Below are positions 8,485 through 15,184 of a stretch of 32,000 nt of DNA, in pieces. Position 1 is the stretch's first letter, and each line of letters begins with the position of its first letter. The position numbers were made by a program, and so were the translations under genes. The stretch is from positions 1,350,001-1,382,000 of the forward strand of contig NC_000917.1 of NCBI RefSeq assembly GCF_000008665.1. The letters run 5' to 3'. This DNA is from Archaeoglobus fulgidus DSM 4304. Lineage in GTDB: Archaea > Halobacteriota > Archaeoglobi > Archaeoglobales > Archaeoglobaceae. The notes beneath the pieces were generated by a model. That model was not told where the DNA came from. It worked only from the letters and a program-made list of their open reading frames with translations, and made no database searches.

Positions 8485-8537
8485 GTACAACACCTCCTAA
8501 TAATTGTAATGTGTTTGGTGGTCTTCAAATAAAAACT

Positions 8538-9698
8538 TTATGCAATTAAATATGCCAAAACCACAACGGCTGTTGTTCCAACGATGTCTGTTAGCGTTGT
8601 GGTGAGTGGGATTCCGCCGTTATCTGGGTCAACACCCACTCTGTGAAGCCAGATTGAAAGCGTTGTTGAGAAGAGCAGAACGAAGGCAGCTAATGCAAGG
8701 TAAACAATCATGAAGTAAAGGAAATCTTTCGCTTCTGGAAAAGGCGCTCCTGTAAACGTGCTGGCGAAAAGAGAGGCAAGAACGTATATTGTTGGAGCTA
8801 TCACCACTGAGGTGAGAAACACGTAGGGTGCATCGCTTAGCTTTCCGACCGACAACTCCCCGAGATGCAGCTTTGTTGAGGTTCTCGCAACCATAATGCT
8901 CCCGTAGTTTCCTATGCTCCCTATTACCGCAGGATAGGCAAAGCTCAGAAACAACGCCCTGTGTATCACTTCGCTGAACTCCTGCAGAACGTTACCAGTA
9001 ATGCTCTGGATGAGCGCGAGCAGGGAAACTATCAAAAGCGTCTCCTTGTACGCTTTTCCGTCATACCCTCCCCTTATTGAAAGGTAAACAGACATTGCGA
9101 GAGCAATTACGCATGCAACGGTTGAAATCCACGCTCCTGTGTACCTTTCAAAAAGGAAGATGAAGAGCACGATTGAGGGTATTGAAACCAAGTCTGCGAA
9201 GGTCGTTACTGCTGGGCCCATTATGTTGTCCGGGTCAAGACCTCTCCTGAAGCTTCCGATTACAATTAATGCAGTCATAACAGCGAGAATTGCAGAAATT
9301 ACAACGCTGGAATCGAGAATCACCTGAAAAGATGTTGTTAACCCCTCTTTTCCGAAGAACTTCAGCGCAGCGATGAGGAAAAGAATTAGGGCGGGAATCG
9401 TCGCAGCCCAGATGCTGAAAAAGACGTTTTTTGAGACGTACTCATCCTTGATTGTTGGATCTGACGAGCCGAGGTAGAGGGATGTGGAAATCCTTGAGCC
9501 AAGAGAGCCGAAGACGTTGCCCCTCAGCCCCATCAAACCCGGAATCACGATGAGGATTTCGGGGTAGGTTGTGAGAAGCTTTTCGAAGCTGATTCCAAGG
9601 AAGATACCGGCCCCTAAGTCGAAAATAAGGCAGAGGGCTAAGGGAACAAGAACCTGCTTAAGTGCAGAAGATATTGTAAGCTCTCTCTCTGGCTGCAA
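8538..9698 (-). CDS. Tandem MgtE-type (SLC41-like) divalent cation transporter membrane protein
   Basis: 386 aa. It contains two copies of the MgtE membrane module: PGLMGLRGNVFGSLGSRIST...GLDPDNIMGPAVTTFADLVS and PAVIGSIGNYGSIMVARTST...GVDPDNGGIPLTTTLTDIVGT. The start is TTG 9698, 5 nt after GAGGTG. There is no cytosolic N or CBS domain. Confidence 0.75.
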   Translation of the reverse strand: MQPERELTISSALKQVLVPLALCLIFDLGAGIFLGISFEKLLTTYPEILIVIPGLMGLRGNVFGSLGSRISTSLYLGSSDPTIKDEYVSKNVFFSIWAATIPALILFLIAALKFFGKEGLTTSFQVILDSSVVISAILAVMTALIVIGSFRRGLDPDNIMGPAVTTFADLVSIPSIVLFIFLFERYTGAWISTVACVIALAMSVYLSIRGGYDGKAYKETLLIVSLLALIQSITGNVLQEFSEVIHRALFLSFAYPAVIGSIGNYGSIMVARTSTKLHLGELSVGKLSDAPYVFLTSVVIAPTIYVLASLFASTFTGAPFPEAKDFLYFMIVYLALAAFVLLFSTTLSIWLHRVGVDPDNGGIPLTTTLTDIVGTTAVVVLAYLIA

Positions 9699-9745
9699 CC
9701 AAGCACCTCAAAAAATAGAAGTGGTTCAAATATATTTCAGTTTTG

Positions 9746-10777
9746 TTAGATAATCTTCTCCTTTATCATCAGTTCAGCGTTAAGGATGCTTGCTCCCGCT
9801 GCTCCTCTGACGGTGTTGTGGCCCAATACTATGTACTTCAGCCCCCTCTCACCATCCTTCCTTATCCTGCCAACCGTGATGCTCATCCCGTTTCCAGCAT
9901 CCCTGTCGAGTCTGGGCTGGGGCCTGTCCGGCTCCTCCCTGACAATTATGACCTTCTCTGGCGAAGTTGGCAGGTCGAGGGGCTTAAGGGACTCGAAGGC
10001 TGCCTTGGCCTCTTCAACGCTCACCTCCCGGTCAAACTCAACCCAGACAGCTTCAGTGTGACCATCAATGACGGGGACTCTGTGGCAGGAGGCTGAGACT
10101 TTTATGTCCGCAAACTCAATCTTCCGGCCGTTAAACTTGCCGAGAAGCTTGAGCGGCTCCTCCTCCACTTTGTCCTCCTCACCCTTTATGAAGGGAATCA
10201 CGTTGTCGGTTATGGCGAGGGAGGGGACGCCAGGATAACCTGCACCGCTCAAGGCCTGCATTGAAGCAACCCTCACAGTCCTGAGGCCGAGGTCCATCAG
10301 CGGCTTCAGCGAGAGGACGAGAACGATGGTCGTGCAGTTGGGATTCGTCACGATGAAGCCATCCCAGCCCCTGTTTTTCTTTTGCACTTCAATCAGGCCG
10401 AGATGCTCGGGATTCACCTCAGGAATGACAAGGGGGACGTCTTCAGCCATTCTGTAGGCTGATGCATTGCTCGCAACGACAAATCCAGCCTCGGCAAACT
10501 TCGGCTCAACCTCTCTTGCGATGTCTGAGGGCAGCGCTGAGAAGACGATGTCAGCATCCACATGCTTAGGGTCCATTGGCACCATTTCGATGTCCTTGGC
10601 AATGTCCGGAACCTCTCTGGAGACTATCCAGTCCACTTCTTCACCATACTTCTTCCCCACTCTTCTTTCCGACGCTGCAAGGCTCGTCAGCTTGAACCAG
10701 GGATGCTCTGCAAGCATCTGGATGAACTTCTGCCCCACCATTCCGGTAGCCCCAAGTACTCCGACACTGTATCGCAT
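9746..10777 (-). CDS. asd: Aspartate-semialdehyde dehydrogenase
   Basis: 343 aa. [11 protein letters not shown] is a Rossmann motif. The active-site Cys is in TNPNCTTI, and His in [13 protein letters not shown]. Confidence 0.88.
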   Translation of the reverse strand: MRYSVGVLGATGMVGQKFIQMLAEHPWFKLTSLAASERRVGKKYGEEVDWIVSREVPDIAKDIEMVPMDPKHVDADIVFSALPSDIAREVEPKFAEAGFVVASNASAYRMAEDVPLVIPEVNPEHLGLIEVQKKNRGWDGFIVTNPNCTTIVLVLSLKPLMDLGLRTVRVASMQALSGAGYPGVPSLAITDNVIPFIKGEEDKVEEEPLKLLGKFNGRKIEFADIKVSASCHRVPVIDGHTEAVWVEFDREVSVEEAKAAFESLKPLDLPTSPEKVIIVREEPDRPQPRLDRDAGNGMSITVGRIRKDGERGLKYIVLGHNTVRGAAGASILNAELMIKEKII

Positions 10778-10807
10778 GGTTGAAGGACAGGGGGCAATTT
10801 AAAAAAG

Positions 10808-11146
10808 TTAGTGGTGCAACTCCTTCTCCTCTGCCCCGTTCAAAGCGAGCATTATGTTTGCCCTCAGAGTCATCTCGAAGTAAAGCTTGTCGGGCTCAAG
10901 GACGACGAACTTCTTCGGAATTGGTACGAGAAGTGTCTCATCGCAGCGGTAGCAGTGATTCCCGTTGGAGTCCACATAAATCTTCGGTGATTCGGGCTTA
11001 CTTCTCTTCACGCAAAGGTAAACCGACTTATCCTTGTTTTTCCTTACCGTTTGCATGATTTCCTCGATGGTATAGACCTTCATCAGGTTTTCCATGATAG
11101 TATCAGCAAGCTTCGAGTTGGTATCCGTCTCCTCAACAGCTTCCAT
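10808..11146 (-). CDS. Hypothetical protein
   Basis: 112 aa with no family recognised. The TATA atttatct (minus sense, 11172-11179) lies about 29 nt upstream of ATG 11146, which supports expression. The gene sits 30 nt upstream of asd. Confidence 0.5.
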   Translation of the reverse strand: MEAVEETDTNSKLADTIMENLMKVYTIEEIMQTVRKNKDKSVYLCVKRSKPESPKIYVDSNGNHCYRCDETLLVPIPKKFVVLEPDKLYFEMTLRANIMLALNGAEEKELHH

Positions 11147-11208
11147 CTGATGTGATTGTAAGCGAGGCTAAAGATAAATCTTCTGGTTGTTTGTGCATAG
11201 CTGAACAC

Positions 11209-12651
11209 TCACCAGACAGGCCACTTATCCTTCCCAAATTCCCTTTCCATGTAGTCTATCCACGCCTCCAAACCCGATATACCGTCTTTCGCAATTATAT
11301 CTGCCACCTCTCTCTTTAAAGGTGCTATTCTTATGAAATCAAGGATACCGTAGGCAAAGCTGCCGTGAACGAAGCTCCAGTAAATGGCAAATAGAATCAC
11401 CCCGATAGAAAGCAGAGCTGCGGTGAGAGGTTCATGCTGTGGTATCGAAGTCACGAACCTCGGCCACCAGTCCGGATCGTGGAAGAGGATGAAGTAATTC
11501 AGGGCCGTCAGGGGGCCAAAAATACCAATCCTTTTCCAGTTGAATTTTCCAACGGAAATGCCGTCAAGAGAACTGTCGAGAATTCCCGCCCTTGCAAGCT
11601 TTCTCCTTACCCTCATCATCGGGTAGAGAACTATTGGAGTTGACGAAAGGAAGGCTACGGTCATTACTGGAAGCACGAAGGCGTTTAACAGATTGACAAC
11701 ACTCTCATCCAGCTCCACCCAACCCAGCTCAACCAGATAGCCCGGAACAGCCAGAGCCCTGCTGAGCGTTACGAGCAGCATCACGGTCGCCATCGCCATC
11801 TTAATGTAGTACTGTCTCACGTAGGTTGTTCCAACAGCCCCAATCTGCACACCAATGAGAGACGTTGCAAGAATCAGCGTTGTCAGTCTCAAATCCACCG
11901 CTCCGAGTAAGTAAATCCACGTGAATGTTCCAGTTGAGCCCATCACAAAGGCTATACCCAGCTCAGTTCCACTGGCAACAGCACTCGAAGCGCCAATGAG
12001 GTAAATCATCGAAGGCACTCCAATAAATCCTCCAACAGCAATGGTTGCAGCAAGAAATCCCGTTCCAAAGCCGAGAGGGATGGTTAGCCACGCAGACTGC
12101 TCCCTCCCGACGATGTTGAACTTAATCACTGGTGGGATTCTGAACTTCTGCTCCAGCTTGGCTGCAAAGCGAGGTTCGAGGTCAGAAATTCCCATCCTCC
12201 TCGCTTTCACGACATCCCTTATTAGAACTGCCGCAACAGTTGGTAAAACAATTAGGAAAGCAACACTTACGTAAAGATTCGTTCCAGTAGGTCCTAAAAG
12301 CTCATAAATGTGCTTTTGAACCTGAATACCAACCTGAACGCCAAAAATAGCAGAGGTGGCCATTAAAAGAGCGAGCTTCGGGTCGAGCTGCCTCAGCTTA
12401 TACCTTCTGTAAGCACCAATCATCGCCTTGGGGAACTTGTGGCACATGTTGGATGCAACAGCAATGGGCCCGGGAGTGCCGATGGACATCATCCCCGGAG
12501 TTAAAACGAAAGCTCCTCCAGTTCCGATAAAACCGCTCAGCATCCCGCCAAAGAAGCCGAGAGCTAAGAGAAAGAGTGCCTCAAAGGGGCCAATATGTAT
12601 GAACATGTCGGGCGTCATCGCACTTCCGCCCTGAGCGAATGCACCACCCAT
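11209..12651 (-). CDS. TauE/SafE-family anion exporter with about 170-aa C-terminal membrane extension
   Basis: 480 aa. GFIGTGGAFVLTPGMM and AVGGFIGVPSMIYL are TauE-type half repeats. The TATA atttatca (12674-12681, minus sense) is centred 26.5 nt from ATG 12651. Confidence 0.75.
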   Translation of the reverse strand: MGGAFAQGGSAMTPDMFIHIGPFEALFLLALGFFGGMLSGFIGTGGAFVLTPGMMSIGTPGPIAVASNMCHKFPKAMIGAYRRYKLRQLDPKLALLMATSAIFGVQVGIQVQKHIYELLGPTGTNLYVSVAFLIVLPTVAAVLIRDVVKARRMGISDLEPRFAAKLEQKFRIPPVIKFNIVGREQSAWLTIPLGFGTGFLAATIAVGGFIGVPSMIYLIGASSAVASGTELGIAFVMGSTGTFTWIYLLGAVDLRLTTLILATSLIGVQIGAVGTTYVRQYYIKMAMATVMLLVTLSRALAVPGYLVELGWVELDESVVNLLNAFVLPVMTVAFLSSTPIVLYPMMRVRRKLARAGILDSSLDGISVGKFNWKRIGIFGPLTALNYFILFHDPDWWPRFVTSIPQHEPLTAALLSIGVILFAIYWSFVHGSFAYGILDFIRIAPLKREVADIIAKDGISGLEAWIDYMEREFGKDKWPVW

Positions 12652-12712
12652 AATAAACTGTAGGAAGAAGTAATGATAAATCTTTCCATTTATTAAAAAT
12701 TAATACGAAAAA

Positions 12713-13501
12713 TTATGGAAAAACTCTGCCCTCAAGGCTCGGGTCGTGGCCGGGAAGAATGTTTGCCTTCTTCGCCACACTCAACGCCTTAAAGCAGCTT
12801 TCGTACCACTCAGATAGGTCAACATGAAGCCCCGGCGGGAGGAAGGGGAGGGGTGAGGTGGGAATCTCAACGGTGTTTCCTGCAGTGTCGGTCATCTGAA
12901 TGGGCTGCTTTGGCGGGAAGAAGTTGAAGTAGGTGTAGAAGTGGTCTGCAGCGAGCAGGTATGTCCCTTTCTCCGTCTCCACAGCTACTCCCTGCAGCCC
13001 CTTGGTGTGTCCCGGCAGCAGCACAGCCTTAACTCCTTCGGCAATCTCCACATCGCCGTCAATTAAGCAGAGGTCCATCTCCTCAAGTGGATAAAGCATG
13101 CTTGAATCGTAGGTCTGGCGGTAGTGCAGAGGAGGGTTTAGGGCAGACTCCCACTCCCTCTTTTGCACGTAAATCCTCGCATTGGTGAAAAGCTTGGCAT
13201 TGGCAGCGTGGTCGAAGTGAAGGTGCGTGATTATGAGCTTGTCAACATCCTCAGGCTTTAGATTTACCTTCTCCATAGCCTCTCTCAAACCCTTCTCTCC
13301 CCCACCTTTTCCCGGAAATCCGTGGAACATTCCGTTCTTAGCCTCCTCAACTCCTGAATCCACAACTATCTTCTCATCCCCGCCATCAATAACCCAGACG
13401 TAAACGGGTCCAGTGGCCATAACTCTCATGTCCCCCATCATGATAGTTACTCCAAGGGGGACGCTTATTTCAGCAACCTTCAAAGGCATTATCTTATACA
13501 T
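12713..13501 (-). CDS. MBL-fold hydrolase (lactonase-like)
   Basis: ITHLHFDHAANA (HxHxDH) and LLPGHTKG are present. The ATG directly abuts the stop of the upstream ligase (TGAATG), with GGAGGTGG just upstream. Confidence 0.8.
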   Translation of the reverse strand: MYKIMPLKVAEISVPLGVTIMMGDMRVMATGPVYVWVIDGGDEKIVVDSGVEEAKNGMFHGFPGKGGGEKGLREAMEKVNLKPEDVDKLIITHLHFDHAANAKLFTNARIYVQKREWESALNPPLHYRQTYDSSMLYPLEEMDLCLIDGDVEIAEGVKAVLLPGHTKGLQGVAVETEKGTYLLAADHFYTYFNFFPPKQPIQMTDTAGNTVEIPTSPLPFLPPGLHVDLSEWYESCFKALSVAKKANILPGHDPSLEGRVFP

Positions 13502-15160
13502 TCAACCACCTCCCTTCTCCAATTTCTCCTTCTCCCTTTCCTGCAGCAACCTCCACAAAATCTTACCAGCCCCGCTCTTCGGAAGCTCATCATCAAACTC
13601 TACAATCCTCGGATACTTGTATGCGGCCATCTGCTGCTTCGCCCACTGGATTATCTCTTCCTCTGTGATTTTGCCCCTGTACTCAGGATTGACGACGATG
13701 AAGGCCTTAACCTCCTCAACAACCCTCTCATCCGGAACTCCTATAACACAGACCTCCTTAACTGCGGGATGCTTGTAGAGAACCGCTTCAACCTCTGCAG
13801 GCCAGACTTTGAAGCCAGAACGGTTAATCATCCTCTTAATCCTGTCAACAATGAAGAAGTAGCCGTCTTCATCCATGTAGCCGAGGTCTCCCGTTCTGAA
13901 GTATCTCTTCCCATCTATCTCAATAAATGCCTTTTCCGTCTCCTCAGGCTTGTTCCAGTATCCCTTGAAAATCTCAGGCCCTGAAACAACTATCTCTCCT
14001 TCCTCGTTTGGTGGGAGCGGCTTTCCCGTCTCGATGTCAATCACGAGGGCATCAACACCAAAATCAGGAATGCCAAGGCACTGAAGCTTTGGATTTTGGG
14101 GAGGGTTCATGTGCGTCTGGGAGATGGTCTCGGTTAAGCCGTAACCCTCCATGTACCTTATCCCCGTAAGCTGATACAGCTTCTCAGCCACGGCTTTGGG
14201 CATCGGCGCTCCCCCACCACCAACTACAAGCAGAGAGCTCAAATCCCTCTCAGCAATTTTCGGGTCGCTGAGCAGGTCAATTACCATCGTCGTTATGTTC
14301 ACCCAGTGGGTGCAGCGATACCTCTCAATCGCCTGCAAAGCTGTCTCCCTGTCCCATCTCGTAAGCAAGACCATTGTGGCACCTATGTAGACCGGAGCGA
14401 GCATTGAATGCACCATTCCTGTGACATGGAAAAACGGCAGGGTTGCCAGTGATATGGCTGAGGGGGTGAGGTTAAACCAGTGAACTGAGCTCAGAACGTT
14501 TGCTATTGCTGTAAAATGCGTGTGCATGCAGCCCTTCGGTAACCCAGTTGTGCCCGCTGTGTAGGGAATCAGGGCAAGGTCATCGCTTCCTACCATAACT
14601 TCAGGCGGATTTCTCTCCTTCATTGCCTCACTCCAGCTTGTTGTCCCCTCAACGTCAATTTTTAGCTTGGCAAAGTCTGGAACTGGCAGTGTGGGCTGCT
14701 CGGGTATGAAGTCAGAGAGGTTTCCGCAAACCACCTGAATTCCAAGCTTCTTTGCCACAGGCAGAACCCTGCCTGCAAGCTCTGAAGTTGCTACAACAAG
14801 CTTGCTGCCAGAGTCGCTCAGAACGTACTCAAGCTCCCTCTCAACAAGCATCGGATTAACTGGCACGACAGCAGCATTGGCTCTCATTATTCCGAAAAAT
14901 GCGATTACGAACTGCGGGGAGTTCTGGGCGTAGATTGCCACTCTGTCCCCTTTCTCAACCCCGGCATTGCTTAAAAAAGTGGCAAATCTCTCAACAGCGT
15001 CAAGAAGCTCATTGTACGTTATCTCCCTGCCATAGTAGATTATTGCAGCCTTATCGCCAAATCTCCTCGCAGACGTCTCGACAAACTCAAAGAGGGGAAC
15101 CCTTGGGTAGTCAAGTGTTTTTGTCAAAAGAGGGGGCCAGTGCCTGAACCAAGGTTTCAT
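13502..15160 (-). CDS. AMP-forming acyl-CoA synthetase (fatty-acid/medium-chain CoA ligase family)
   Basis: 552 aa. Motifs seen: YTAGTTGLPKGCMHTH (A3), GYGLTE (A5), YFRTGD (A7), PKSGAGKILWR (A10, Lys533, codon 13562-13564). Confidence 0.9.
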   Translation of the reverse strand: MKPWFRHWPPLLTKTLDYPRVPLFEFVETSARRFGDKAAIIYYGREITYNELLDAVERFATFLSNAGVEKGDRVAIYAQNSPQFVIAFFGIMRANAAVVPVNPMLVERELEYVLSDSGSKLVVATSELAGRVLPVAKKLGIQVVCGNLSDFIPEQPTLPVPDFAKLKIDVEGTTSWSEAMKERNPPEVMVGSDDLALIPYTAGTTGLPKGCMHTHFTAIANVLSSVHWFNLTPSAISLATLPFFHVTGMVHSMLAPVYIGATMVLLTRWDRETALQAIERYRCTHWVNITTMVIDLLSDPKIAERDLSSLLVVGGGGAPMPKAVAEKLYQLTGIRYMEGYGLTETISQTHMNPPQNPKLQCLGIPDFGVDALVIDIETGKPLPPNEEGEIVVSGPEIFKGYWNKPEETEKAFIEIDGKRYFRTGDLGYMDEDGYFFIVDRIKRMINRSGFKVWPAEVEAVLYKHPAVKEVCVIGVPDERVVEEVKAFIVVNPEYRGKITEEEIIQWAKQQMAAYKYPRIVEFDDELPKSGAGKILWRLLQEREKEKLEKGGG

Positions 15161-15184
15161 TATTAAACGTGAAAAAGTAAGTAT

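Noticed and set aside
11147-11208. Possible C/D-box sRNA (ctgatgtga ... ctga)
   Set aside because: The C box deviates from RUGAUGA, and no internal C'/D' boxes or terminal stem are present. The region is better explained as the promoter (TATA 11172-11179) of the 112-aa ORF.
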